Positions 42,352 to 52,499 are shown, counted from the stretch's first letter. The stretch is DNA of 64,000 nucleotides from an uncultured Alphaproteobacteria bacterium (GCA_963827365.1 CAWHAX010000028.1:6441-70440), one strand, 5' to 3'. The notes: generated by a model from the sequence alone, not told the origin. A program made the numbers and translations.

Positions 42352-42540
42352 ATACGAAGTGTCCTTTTACTGCCGTGCCCCCGGCAACCAGACAAAAAGT
42401 AGGACGGGTAAGGTTGCAAAAACCATCGATCCAGGGCTGACACGCGCGGGCAAGCCTAGTACGTGACCCGCTTGTCAAGATCGGGCCGAAAACAAACTGA
42501 CGAGGAGCGGAGAGACACCGGATTGACGGAACGAATACCG

Positions 42541-43632
42541 TTATGCCGCGGCGATAAGTACGGGCTCGCGCCTTGCTCCCCAGCTCCCGGGCAGGGCCTC
42601 GAACATGCCTGGACAGGTTTCGCCACAGGTTGCGCAGCGACCGCCGAGACCAAGGTCCCATGCCGTGATGGTGTACCAGTCGCGGCCGATCAGCCGCGCT
42701 CCACAACCATGACAATAGGTGCTCTGGTCCGCCTCATCATGCACGTTCCCTGTATAGACGTAGCTCAGCCCGGTCCTTAGCGCGATGTCGCGGGCACGTT
42801 TGAGAGTGGAAGGCGGAGTGTGCGGAACATCCAGCATCTTCCAATCGGGATGGAAGGCCGTGAAATGCAATGGCACGTCGGGCCCAAGCCGCGTCGCCAC
42901 CCATTCGCAAAGTGCACTCACCTCATCGGACGAGTCGTTCTTGCCTGGAATAAGCAAGGTGGTGATCTCGAGCCAGGTCTTGGTCTCGTGTTTGACGTAG
43001 ACGAGCGTGTCGAGAACAGCGTCAAGCGAGCCTGTGCAAAGTTGCTTGTAGAAGCTCTCGGTGAATGCCTTAAGATCAATATTGGCGGCATCCATCGCAG
43101 CGAAGAACTCTGGTCGCGCAACCTTGCCGATGTAGCCCGCGGTCACGGCGACAGTCCGCAGTCCGACTTCCCGGCAGGCGGCCGCAACATCGACCGCATA
43201 CTCGAGAAAGATCACCGGATCGTTGTAGGTGAATGCCACTGAGCGGGCGCCCGCCGCGCAAGCCGCCTGGGCGATAGCTTGCGGCGAAGCCTGCTGCTGC
43301 AGTCGATCCAAGTCGCGGGCCTTAGAGATATCCCAGTTCTGACAGAACTTGCAGGTGAGGTTGCAGCCGGCAGTGCCGAAGGACAGAACAGCTGTGCCGG
43401 GCAGGAAGTGGTTCAGGGGCTTCTTTTCGATTGGATCGAGACAGAAACCTGACGAGCGGCCGTAGGTCGTGAGGACCATCTGGTCACCGGCCCGCGCCCG
43501 CACGAAGCACAGGCCGCGCTGGCCTTCGTGCAGCTTGCATTCTCGCGGACAGAGATCGCATTGGATGCGGCCGTCGGCGAGGGCATGCCAATAGCGGCCG
43601 GGCACTCCGTCACTTGTGTAGACGTTCTCCAT
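42541..43632 (-). CDS. amrS: AmmeMemoRadiSam system radical SAM enzyme
   Basis: CDLCPREC, DPIEKKPL, GCNLTCKFCQNWDIS, AFHPD, YVYTGN. Confidence 0.93.
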   Translation of the reverse strand: MENVYTSDGVPGRYWHALADGRIQCDLCPRECKLHEGQRGLCFVRARAGDQMVLTTYGRSSGFCLDPIEKKPLNHFLPGTAVLSFGTAGCNLTCKFCQNWDISKARDLDRLQQQASPQAIAQAACAAGARSVAFTYNDPVIFLEYAVDVAAACREVGLRTVAVTAGYIGKVARPEFFAAMDAANIDLKAFTESFYKQLCTGSLDAVLDTLVYVKHETKTWLEITTLLIPGKNDSSDEVSALCEWVATRLGPDVPLHFTAFHPDWKMLDVPHTPPSTLKRARDIALRTGLSYVYTGNVHDEADQSTYCHGCGARLIGRDWYTITAWDLGLGGRCATCGETCPGMFEALPGSWGARREPVLIAAA

Positions 43633-43674
43633 AGGATGAAGATGGGTAGGCCTTGAGAGGAGTCAACGCTTCTC

Positions 43675-44511
43675 ATGTTCGCCAAGCTACAGAGCGAGGT
43701 TCGCCGCCCGGCAGTTGCCGGAGGCTTCTACCCGAGCGGAGCCCGAGAGCTGAAGCGCACCGTCGAGGCATTGCTCTCACAAGCGACGAAAAGAAGAGAA
43801 CTGAGCGGCCTGTGCGGGTTGGTGACGCCGCATGCAGGCTATGTCTATTCAGGGCCAATAGCGGGCAAGGCCTTTTCGCTCCTCGCCCACTCGAATGATG
43901 GGCCCAACCGCATCTTGCTGATCGGCCCTCCACATTACGTGCCGTTGCGCGGCATCGTTGCGCCGTCTTGCAGCGCCTTCGCCACGCCGTTGGGCGATGT
44001 CGCGGTCGATGTCGGCGCGGTGGAGTCTCTGCGAGATGCCGGGCTCGTCACTCTCGACGACACCCCACATGCGCCCGAGCACGCACTCGAGGTCGAACTG
44101 CCGTTTCTTCAGCGCGTGCTTGAAGACTTCACCATTGTCCCATTGCTCGTTGGCGCAGCTTCTCCGGAACAGGTGGCACGGGTCATCGAGACAGTGCTTG
44201 GCAAGCGAACTCTGCTCGTCGTGAGCACCGACCTCTCCCACTACCTCGACTACGCAACTGCGGAGCGGCGCGACCTTGCCACGGCAGGGACAATTGAGCG
44301 GCTCGACTACACCACCCTTGGCCCGAATGATGCTTGCGGTTTCAGCGCGCTGAATGGCGCACTCTGTGCCGCTTCGAGGTGCAGCTGGACGGTGACGCGC
44401 CTCGATTTACGTAATTCTGGCGATACGAGCGGTGAGAAGCGACGGGTGGTGGGCTACGGTGCCTGGGCCTTCACGACCGTGGAGCGTCAAGAACACTGCT
44501 CGCCGCTTTAG
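43675..44511 (+). CDS. amrB: AmmeMemoRadiSam system protein B (MEMO1 family)
   Basis: RRPAVAGGFYP, PHAGYVYSG, EHALEVELPF, STDLSHY, NSGD, VVGY. Confidence 0.93.
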   Translation: MFAKLQSEVRRPAVAGGFYPSGARELKRTVEALLSQATKRRELSGLCGLVTPHAGYVYSGPIAGKAFSLLAHSNDGPNRILLIGPPHYVPLRGIVAPSCSAFATPLGDVAVDVGAVESLRDAGLVTLDDTPHAPEHALEVELPFLQRVLEDFTIVPLLVGAASPEQVARVIETVLGKRTLLVVSTDLSHYLDYATAERRDLATAGTIERLDYTTLGPNDACGFSALNGALCAASRCSWTVTRLDLRNSGDTSGEKRRVVGYGAWAFTTVERQEHCSPL

Positions 44512-44640
44512 CTACCGCAGATCAGTGAGACTCCGGGGATTCGCAGCAAGGCTGCACGGCTGTCGCACTGCGGCATCAGATTGCTGCACATCGAAGAACG
44601 CGCTCGGCACCGAAAAAGGCTTGCAACAATTTTCACGCCG

Positions 44641-44758
44641 AGCATTTCGACGCTGAGCTTGAGCTTCGTGATGTCTCTGATCGCCGCCAGTATCAATGCT
44701 GTCGTCGGGCTCCTCATTGCCTGGTCCTGATCCGCACCGCTTTCCGAGTAGGCGGCTA
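44641..44758 (+). pseudogene. Fragment of a sulfate ABC permease (CysT-like)
   Basis: LSLSFVMSLIAASINAVVGLLIAW followed, with shifts, by ..LIR/HRFPSRR. Confidence 0.45.
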
Positions 44759-44777
44759 CAGAAGCCCATAGCTAATA

Positions 44778-44985
44778 CTGTCTGTGGCACACAGCGGACT
44801 CCTTCAGCGAGCTCCCCGCAGGTCCGTTATTGCGGGTTAAGCAGACATTCTATGAGTACACGGCTTAACTTAGGTTGATCGAATTTTCGGTGTAGATTCT
44901 CAGGACCTAGTATGTCCGCTTTGGGTCATGAGCGGACATCGCAGCAGCGAGGGAGTTGGTCTGTTAAGTGCCAGAAGCAGACAAT
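44778..44985. repeat. Cluster of ATGTCCGC...GCGGACAT palindromes with IS5-type end remnant
   Basis: ATGTCCGCTTTGGGTCATGAGCGGACAT at 44912; TATGAGTACACGGC at 44851. Confidence 0.65.
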
Positions 44986-45026
44986 CCCACGAGTTGGGGG
45001 GCGTCAGTGCCTGGCCACACTTCGGA

Positions 45027-46799
45027 TCAGCGTTGTGTGAAGATCAGCAGCTTGCGCGCCCTGGCCGAGTGGCCCAGCCTCTGCAATGCCTTCGCTTCGA
45101 TCTGGCGAATACGTTCGCGGGTCACGCCGAACGCCTTGCTTACCTGTTCGAGCGTGTGGTCATGCATTCGGATCCCGAACCGCATCCGCAAAATGCGCTC
45201 CTCGCGGGGCGTCAGCTCAGCGAGGACCTCCGCCACGCAGTCTCGAAGCGCGGCAGCCTCCGCCGCGGTATGAGGATTGTCAGCTTCCGGCGCCTCGATG
45301 AGATCGGCCAAGGTGGCATCGCCATCCGCGCCGATTGGGATATCAAGCGAAGTGGGGTCTTGCACCAGCGACAGCGCCTGCTCGACTCGAGCCTTTGCAA
45401 TGCCCGAGCGTGCAGCAATCTCGTCGGACCCTGGCTCGCGCCCATGCTGTTGATGAAGTTTGCTCCGCTCGCGATGAACCTTCCTTGCGGTTTTCGCCAT
45501 GTGCTCGGGGACGCGAATCATGCGGCCCTGGTCGGCTATGGCGCGCGTGATCGACTGCCGGATCCACCAAACGGCATAAGTCGAGAGCTTGACGCCATGC
45601 CGATAGTTGTACTTCTCGACTGCACGTATGAGACCGAGATTGCCTTCCTGGATAAGATCGGAAAGCTCCAATGAGCTGTGACCTCGATACTTCTTGGCGA
45701 TGGCAACCACGAGACGGAGATTCGCACGCACCATCTCCTCGCGCAGCCGCTTCTGCTCTCGCCGCGCATGGTAGATCTCTGTAAGGGCAAGACGCAGCTC
45801 AGACAGCGGCAAGCCCAGCCGCCGGGCTACAGCCTCAAAGTCTGCACGAAGCTCGACCAGACGCTGCGCATGCGTTTGGATAAGAGCGCACCAGCCTCGG
45901 TTGGATAGAGATGTGGCCTCGCCGATCCAGTCCGGATCGAGCTCGCGCCCAAAGAGGCGGTCAATCGCCTCCGCGCGTGCGATGCCGCAGCCTTCGGCCA
46001 GCCGCAACAGCTCTCGCTCCGCCCGGCATAGACTCCGGGCGTCGATGTCGACCTCTGCCACAAGATCCGAAATCCGGTCCTGCTGCAGATGCAGGTCCGC
46101 AATATCCGCCACGGCGCGCGACAGAAGTTCGTCAAGCCGCCTGCGCTCGCGCCGTGAAAGCTCCTTGCCACGGGCGAGCGCCGCGATGCGCTTCCGAGCA
46201 AGAGCTGCGATCTCGGCACTCAGGGCAGCGACGAGTTCCAGCCGTGGGACGAGGTCCACCGCTTCGACGCTTACGTCGAGGCTACCATCATCGCCGAGGA
46301 GGTTGTCGTCGGTAGCTTCGACCTCATCCGAGGGAACGACATCGAGCAAATGACTCAAGCGAAGGCGACCCTCGCGCAATTCGTCTCCCCAGGCACCAAC
46401 CCGTTCGACGATCAGAGGAATTCGGCAGAGGCAGATCAGCAAGGCCCGCTGCGCCTCATCGATCCGCTTGGCAAGTGCGAGCTCCTCACTGCGGGAGAGC
46501 AACTTGGCATTGTCGAGGTTACGGAAGTACGCATCGACAGGGTCACGCGAGCGCGGCGCATCGTCGACCTGATTCGCGCTACTGCCGGTGGCGGCTGCGC
46601 CATCCCAGCGCATGGGCACGTCGGGCCTGTCCGAGTGAAGCTCGTGACCTGAATCGACCCCAGTTACTTTGGCGCGCCGGAAAGTGGCGGCGTCGGCCGG
46701 ACGCTCAACGGCGGAGCCGTCGTACTCCACTTCAAATTGATAGATCCGCATCGAATCCATTTGATCAGATTCCTCTCGGGGCGCACCCGAGCGGGGCAA
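45027..46799 (-). CDS. RpoD-like sigma-70 factor (divergent paralog)
   Basis: Region 1.2 DPVDAY...LLSRSEE, non-conserved region, ANLRLVVAIAKKY, DLIQEGNLGL, WWIRQ, region 4 VTRERIRQIEAKAL. Confidence 0.92.
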   Translation of the reverse strand: MPRSGAPREESDQMDSMRIYQFEVEYDGSAVERPADAATFRRAKVTGVDSGHELHSDRPDVPMRWDGAAATGSSANQVDDAPRSRDPVDAYFRNLDNAKLLSRSEELALAKRIDEAQRALLICLCRIPLIVERVGAWGDELREGRLRLSHLLDVVPSDEVEATDDNLLGDDGSLDVSVEAVDLVPRLELVAALSAEIAALARKRIAALARGKELSRRERRRLDELLSRAVADIADLHLQQDRISDLVAEVDIDARSLCRAERELLRLAEGCGIARAEAIDRLFGRELDPDWIGEATSLSNRGWCALIQTHAQRLVELRADFEAVARRLGLPLSELRLALTEIYHARREQKRLREEMVRANLRLVVAIAKKYRGHSSLELSDLIQEGNLGLIRAVEKYNYRHGVKLSTYAVWWIRQSITRAIADQGRMIRVPEHMAKTARKVHRERSKLHQQHGREPGSDEIAARSGIAKARVEQALSLVQDPTSLDIPIGADGDATLADLIEAPEADNPHTAAEAAALRDCVAEVLAELTPREERILRMRFGIRMHDHTLEQVSKAFGVTRERIRQIEAKALQRLGHSARARKLLIFTQR

Positions 46800-47195
46800 G
46801 AGCGGGACACCCCTGGCCAGGAAGAGCCAGAGTGCTTAGCAGCGCTTTGCCGATTGAGATCTTCGGGGGGACTGGCGCGCCAGCGCCTCAGCCTCTTAGC
46901 CGAACAGCCTCACGAGCTGGAAATGGTGCTAAGGATCCTGAAAATCAAGGTTTTTTGAGGAGTCCAGATCACCTGATGCCGGCCGACACGGCCGCTAAGT
47001 CATGGAGATGTGGAGCGCCACACATGCCGTCAGGATAAATCAGCGGCTGCTTCTGAGGGTTTAGTGGTAATGCCTTGCAGATCCAGGTCGTCGTGGCACT
47101 CCTTGAAAGCAGAACTCGAATCGCGATGTTCGACGTGAGCACAAGTATCTAGACTTCCTGTTGATGACTACAACTACGATATGAACGGTTAGCAA

Positions 47196-47459
47196 ATGAC
47201 ACTCTATCGCGGAAAGCTAGCAACCGTTGAGGCATTCCATTATGAAGCAGCCTTGGAAACTATGGATTTCAAATATCCATTTCCAGATTGGTTGAAAAAT
47301 ATGGCTACAGTCAGAGAGAATGCTATTCTTCAGCTTCATACTAATTCCGGTTTAGTGTGGGTAAAGCCAGGGCAGTGGGTTGTTAAAGATAGGAGTGACA
47401 ATCTACACATACTGGACTCAGACGAATTTCACAGAAGATATGAGGCTGTGAGTGACTAA
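47196..47459 (+). CDS. AT-rich phage-like small protein
   Basis: YRGK..TVEA...VKPGQWVVKD...DEFHRRYE resembles the phage KYRKKPV...PGDWII...FEKTYE family; low GC. Confidence 0.6.
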   Translation: MTLYRGKLATVEAFHYEAALETMDFKYPFPDWLKNMATVRENAILQLHTNSGLVWVKPGQWVVKDRSDNLHILDSDEFHRRYEAVSD

Positions 47460-47824
47460 CTTTTTGGTTCTAGAAAGATATGGCGTTTCGCGAAGTAATC
47501 ACATTTCGAGGGCGAAAGCGTCGGCCACACTTGTGCGGGGGTAACCGAATTGCCACCTGTAATGGGCGCGCCATTGTTGACTTATGCCAATACATGAAGC
47601 GCGCCGTGGGGCGGATCATATAGCCTGTGATGCCCATTAGACCTGCGTCCGCCCCACTCCCTTTGGCGCACTGGATGCGTGGAACCGAGGGCGTCGAGCG
47701 ACAAGCTCATCGACATAAGCGGCACGCGACAACACCCAGGCACAAAGAAGACCGAGCGCGCACGCAAGGGTCGATGCCGGTGAGCGCTCGTTCGTAGCCT
47801 AACTTGGCTCGAGGAAGGCCCAAA

Positions 47825-48040
47825 ATGTCTTGGCAATTCACGGTCGGCGTCATGGCGAAAGGAAAGGCTGAACGAATTGTCGTTGGTGCCGAAGACGCGC
47901 TCATTGCGGCTTTAAAGGTCAAAGCTGAGCGGCCAGAGGCCGCTATCATGTATGTTCGCCGTTTGAACCGACGCGGCGACACGCGTCACCCGCCTCACAG
48001 TCCTCACTGGAGGCCGTTGATCGGGAGTGGGTGCACATAA
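47825..48040 (+). CDS. Small hypothetical protein
   Basis: GAGGA RBS; AEDALIAALKVK...AAIMYVRR.NRRGD.RHP. Confidence 0.65.
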   Translation: MSWQFTVGVMAKGKAERIVVGAEDALIAALKVKAERPEAAIMYVRRLNRRGDTRHPPHSPHWRPLIGSGCT

Positions 48041-48089
48041 GGATTCGACGAAATCGCCTTGAACGGGCGACGTCCGCAAGGAGGCTCAG

Positions 48090-48426
48090 TTGACCTACAT
48101 CGTCAATGAAAGCTGTATTCAACTGTAAGTACATGGACTGTGTCGAGGTGTGTCCTGTGGACTGCTTCTATGAGGGCGAGAACATGCTCGTCATTCATCC
48201 CGACGAATGCATCGATTGCGGCGTTTGCGAACCGGAATGCCCGGTTGACGCAATCAAGCCAGACACCGAGCCCGGATTCGAAAAGTGGCTCGATATCAAT
48301 GCCAAATACTCTCAGGTCTGGCCGAACATCACTGTTAAGCGTGAGCCGCCGCCGGATGCAAAGGACTGGGAAGGCAAACCTGACAAGGTGAAATTGCTAT
48401 CGCCGAACCCTGGCACAGGTGATTGA
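48090..48426 (+). pseudogene. fdxA: FdxA-type 7Fe/8Fe ferredoxin with +1 frameshift at about 48118
   Basis: [21 protein letters not shown] | [16 protein letters not shown]...[12 protein letters not shown]; length 3n+1. Confidence 0.8.
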
Positions 48427-49004
48427 GAGCTGGACAACGTATCTTGAAGGAGCTGGACAGGTCGCAGACCCGGCGGAGCGCGAGACTCTCGAGCGCGTGG
48501 CCAAACTGGTCACGCTGGAGGCTCGGTCGAGCGGGCCGGTCGATCTTTTTGACGGAGTTCATCTCCGCGTTCTTTCTGGCGATGCGCTACTTCTTCAAGC
48601 CGAAGGTGACGCTGAACTACCCATTCGAGAAGGGAGCGCTTTCGCCCCGCTTTCGCGGTGAGCTTGCGCTGCGGCGTTATCCGAATGGGGAGGAACGCTG
48701 CATCGCCTGCAAGTTGTGTGAGGCGATCTGCCCTGCGCAGGCCATCACCATTGAGGCAGGGCCGCGACGTGACGACGGCACGCGCCGGACCACCCGCTTT
48801 GACGTCGATATGATGAAATGCATCTACTGCGGCTTCTGCCAAGAAGCCTGCCCTGTTGACGCCATCGTCCTGGGACCGAATTACGAGTTCGCGACTGAGA
48901 CCCCCGAGGAGCTCTACTACGACAAGGAACGCCTGCTCGCGAACGGCGACCGCTGGGAGCGGGCGATCGCGAGGAACCTCTCGCTCGACGCGCCATATCG
49001 ATAA
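48423..49004 (+). CDS. nuoI: NADH-quinone oxidoreductase subunit I, outside a nuo operon
   Basis: [46 protein letters not shown]; start uncertain. Confidence 0.9.
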   Translation: MRAGQRILKELDRSQTRRSARLSSAWPNWSRWRLGRAGRSIFLTEFISAFFLAMRYFFKPKVTLNYPFEKGALSPRFRGELALRRYPNGEERCIACKLCEAICPAQAITIEAGPRRDDGTRRTTRFDVDMMKCIYCGFCQEACPVDAIVLGPNYEFATETPEELYYDKERLLANGDRWERAIARNLSLDAPYR

Positions 49005-49035
49005 GAAGCAGACACAGGTCCGATCTCAGGGCGGT

Positions 49036-49515
49036 TCACAATGGCCACGAACGATCCGAATTCGGCAGGACGCAAGCCTCACGACGGCCGAACCAGCGAT
49101 AGCGGTTGCGCGCGACCAAGTCATAGACCTCGTCCCGGATCACCATTGGGATGAGGTGGAGAACCCATGTCCACTGCCAGCCCGGAAGCTCGCGCGCAAT
49201 GCGCAGGGCGGCTTCGGATTTTATGTAGGCCTGGCCCTTCGCCACAAAGGCAAAGGAATCCGGACGCTGAGGATCGATGCCGAGCTGCTCCGCGAGCGGA
49301 CGTCCCTCGGCCAACTGGATCGGAACGAAGCGAAAATAGCCACTGCGATCATGTTTGCTTACGAAGCGGCAAGCGCGCGAGCACAGGACGCATACCCCGT
49401 CGAACAGGATCAAGCCGTGCGGGGAGTTGACCCCGCCGGGACTTATTGGATCAACGACGATTGGCTGCACCGCCTGCATGGAAAAAGCAAACACCTTGCA
49501 AGACGGTCGGCGCAA
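49036..49515 (-). CDS. DCC family thiol-disulfide oxidoreductase (DUF393)
   Basis: ILFDGVCVLC, YDLVARNRYRWFG..EAC. Confidence 0.9.
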   Translation of the reverse strand: MRRPSCKVFAFSMQAVQPIVVDPISPGGVNSPHGLILFDGVCVLCSRACRFVSKHDRSGYFRFVPIQLAEGRPLAEQLGIDPQRPDSFAFVAKGQAYIKSEAALRIARELPGWQWTWVLHLIPMVIRDEVYDLVARNRYRWFGRREACVLPNSDRSWPL

Positions 49516-49702
49516 TAGGGCCAGGGAAATGGCCCGATTGAATGATCATCGGAGGTTCCAGATGGCGAGCGGGGGACCGCCCTTACCGAGAGCGGCGGCT
49601 CGACGCTTTTCATATTTTACTGCTCGGGACTATCCTGGCGTGGAGCGGATGGGCGTCCGTGGGGCAGCGGAGCAATAGCCCGCGCCGGGTGTTATAAGCA
49701 GC

Positions 49703-49993
49703 ATGGAACAGCGACAATTCTTTGAGGCGAGGGGTGAAGAAAGTGGTGAATGGCTTGTCCTAGACGGCAAGCGCCATCCGCCGCGGGTGATTTGTCGGTG
49801 CCTGGGCTGGAACGCCCCGAAAAATGCAGCGCTCATCGTGGCTGCTCTGGAGGCGCACAATTCGGAGCTCTACTCAAAATTCCCCCTTGACGGTACGGCG
49901 CAGCTCAATGAGCAGCCCGTCAAAGCATCGGGCGAGGCTGAATCTGCGCCTGCACCCAAGCCGGCGACCAGAAAGTCCCGGCACGGGGGCTAG
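49703..49993 (+). CDS. Hypothetical protein
   Basis: ATG-started 96 aa ORF with protein-like composition. Confidence 0.55.
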   Translation: MEQRQFFEARGEESGEWLVLDGKRHPPRVICRCLGWNAPKNAALIVAALEAHNSELYSKFPLDGTAQLNEQPVKASGEAESAPAPKPATRKSRHGG

Positions 49994-50105
49994 GCGGCGA
50001 TTCACTCTTAGAGCGAAATGCTCTATCCATCAAAAACCCAGCCTCTGAAGCAACCGCCGAACCGGGCCCGATGGTTGCCGGGTCCCGACCTGGTCATTCT
50101 CGTCT

Positions 50106-50615
50106 TCAGCTGGCGGCAAACGGATGGTGAGCCGAGTCCTTCTTCGCGGTGACCTCGGAAGACTTCGGCTCGCCCTTCACCGCGCGGGCAATGGCTTCCT
50201 TGGTGGCGCGATAGTTGAAGTCCTGGATCTTCTGGTTGTCCTTGGCTTCCCAGTGGATGAACACGCCGACTGTGATGAACAGGTCGTCGGCTTCGTTGGC
50301 GGGAATTACGCCTTCCGCCACCGAATCGGCGACCGCCATAGCCACAGCATGCTGCGCCGGGCCGAACATCTGCACCGCCTGCCGCGCATCCTTGATGGTC
50401 ACCTTGTTGTAGAGAATCGTTGGGGGTTTGCACATAAGGTTCGGCGCGACCAACGCGAGCAGCGTGGTGAAGCCGTCCTTGTTGTTGGTCAGCCCGATAC
50501 AGTAGGCCGTCTCGACGGCGCTGCCTCGCGGACCAATCAGCAAATCTACGTGAGCCACCTCGTTGCCTTCGCCGACGAGCGACTCACCCACACATACGCC
50601 AGTGATTTTGGGCAT
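50106..50615 (-). CDS. fae: Formaldehyde-activating enzyme
   Basis: [51 protein letters not shown]. Confidence 0.97.
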   Translation of the reverse strand: MPKITGVCVGESLVGEGNEVAHVDLLIGPRGSAVETAYCIGLTNNKDGFTTLLALVAPNLMCKPPTILYNKVTIKDARQAVQMFGPAQHAVAMAVADSVAEGVIPANEADDLFITVGVFIHWEAKDNQKIQDFNYRATKEAIARAVKGEPKSSEVTAKKDSAHHPFAAS

Positions 50616-50864
50616 GGACTAGCCTCCTCTTGGGTTCAGTGAAATGATCTCCCCGGGTTGCCGGAGAACGGCAAGGCGAGGAAAGAGCTAGCTGAATGCG
50701 TCTCGCATTAGGATCGCGACCGGCACGTTCCGAGGTAGTCGAACTGCCCGCTCCAGACGGCACCTCCTGAAAGTCGACATTTATCCCACCGCGCAATCGA
50801 GCGCGGTCGGACTTCTGCCCGTGAATCCCGCGAGCGTTCTTTCGCGATTGCGACTATGTCCTCG

Positions 50865-51236
50865 CTACGCTCGCAAGACGGGGCGGTTGCGGATCATCCA
50901 CAGATCGAGAGCTGCCAGCACACCGACGATCAAGCCAATAATAACGTGCGCATACAAGGCAGCTGCCACTGTAGCGAAGCCGAGCAACCAGGGCGCAAGG
51001 ATTGCCCAAACGCCGAGCGCGAGGTTGACCCACTCCTCCCACTCTCTGAACGCAAAGAGAGCGCCGAGGGCAATGAGCGCAATCGCTGCTCCGACGATCC
51101 AGGCATTTCTAGTCGCCGCCATCTCACTCGTGAAGCCAAGCGCCCAGGGGGCAAATACCAGGCAAAGGCCGAGTACGACGTTCACGAGGTCAATCGCAGT
51201 TTCTTTGGCTTCACGTGTCCCAATGCTGTAGGCCAT
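50865..51236 (-). CDS. SPW repeat membrane protein
   Basis: NVVLG..L..APWALGF and WEEWVNLALGVW..LAPWLLGF. Confidence 0.88.
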   Translation of the reverse strand: MAYSIGTREAKETAIDLVNVVLGLCLVFAPWALGFTSEMAATRNAWIVGAAIALIALGALFAFREWEEWVNLALGVWAILAPWLLGFATVAAALYAHVIIGLIVGVLAALDLWMIRNRPVLRA

Positions 51237-51560
51237 TTCCTTTCTCCTTAGTCATGCATGTTTGCTCGCGAAGGATTTGAGGACGTACAGGGGCCGTCAC
51301 TTGAGCTGATGATCGGTCTGATCGCCAGATCACGGCTCCGCTGGTCGAAAGCTGGTTGAATCGAAGGTCCCCATAGCCACATCCTCCGGTGAGCAACATG
51401 GATAGGGGGCGCCCAATGAGCTGGCGCCCTTGGACTTCGCCGATGACCATAAGGGCCTGTCGGCACTATGGAATTTGGGTGGGCCTAGGTCACTTTCAAG
51501 GGGGCGCGACGAGTACCACGCAAGAGGCTTGCCGCTTGCCGGCGCCCCCTAAACGACCTC

Positions 51561-51953
51561 CTATTTAACCGAGAGATAGAGAGCGGCCATCACCAGGCAG
51601 AGCGCGATGAATTGCAGGGCGACGCGCCAGCGCATCAGCGCTTGGCTGGTGATCGCGCTCCGTCCCCAAACCATGTTCCACAGGCCGAGCGCAAGTACGG
51701 TCGCGACCGCAGCAAGCGCCAATGGAACCAGGATCACGACAAGCCGCCGCGCGAGCGTTCCCTCGCCTCCGAACAACTCGGCAATCGCCTGCGTCAGCCC
51801 ACCAAGGCCGTAATAGAGGCCGATGATCAGAAAGGCGATCAGACTCCCCAGAAGTCCGAAGGCAAGAACATAGCGGACGTGATGCCCGGTGACGCCGGCT
51901 CTCACCTCGTCCGTGGAAAGGACGACCGGCGCCTCGATCTTTTTCGTTGCCAT
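51561..51953 (-). CDS. Membrane protein with C-terminal HIG1-like twin-TM domain
   Basis: N-part RAGVTGHHVRYVL; C-part VLALGLWNM...SQALMRWRVALQFIA. Confidence 0.7.
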   Translation of the reverse strand: MATKKIEAPVVLSTDEVRAGVTGHHVRYVLAFGLLGSLIAFLIIGLYYGLGGLTQAIAELFGGEGTLARRLVVILVPLALAAVATVLALGLWNMVWGRSAITSQALMRWRVALQFIALCLVMAALYLSVK

Positions 51954-51994
51954 GGCCGTGAATGAGCGTTGAGGGATCGAGTTGGCGTGTTTTA

Positions 51995-52020
51995 AACGCC
52001 GGAATCATCCCCAAGGTTGC
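51995..52020 (-). promoter_or_regulatory. EcfG-like promoter
   Basis: GCAAC-N17-CGTT about 40 bp upstream of the 51953 start; one mismatch to GGAAC. Confidence 0.4.
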
Positions 52021-52127
52021 CATGTGGCTTGCCTGTGCCAAGGCCGCTCTGGCCACTGCTTGCCGGGCTCATCGTCGTCAAGCGACCCAGCAGGAGGCGT
52101 TTAAATTTCGCACTAGTCGGGCGGTAG

Positions 52128-52499
52128 TTACACCGTCTCGACAGTTTCCAGATGCCAGCTCGGCGACAGCAAAGCGTCGAAAAGGTAACCCTTCACTCCG
52201 GGACCAAGCTCTTGCAGCGTGACTTCCGCACCATTGGCAAAGCGCACGCCATCGTGATGTGGCCCCTTCTCTAAGCGGCTGAAAACTACCTCTTCCTTCG
52301 GCGACACGAAATAAGCCCTTTGAACCTTCTCGGGGATGTCTTCGAGTCCCAACTTGGTGTCACACGCCATGCACACGGCGGTGGAAGGATCGCCGGGGGC
52401 AATGAAACCGATGCTGGAAGTTGGGAACCGGTGGGTCTCATATCTCTCGCCGACTTGGGCCGGTCGGCTGCGATAAGTCTCCAGTGAATAGTCACACAT
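52128..52499 (-). CDS. Hypothetical protein (MCDYSL N-terminus)
   Basis: GGAGG RBS; MCDYSL...SRPA..GE...GF...AVC...HHDG..F.NG..V.LQ.L. Confidence 0.75.
   Translation of the reverse strand: MCDYSLETYRSRPAQVGERYETHRFPTSSIGFIAPGDPSTAVCMACDTKLGLEDIPEKVQRAYFVSPKEEVVFSRLEKGPHHDGVRFANGAEVTLQELGPGVKGYLFDALLSPSWHLETVETV

Noticed and set aside
47095-47110. TGGCAC as a sigma54 promoter (also 56053, 58537, 63911)
   Set aside because: No correctly spaced TTGC; two of these belong to the repeat family
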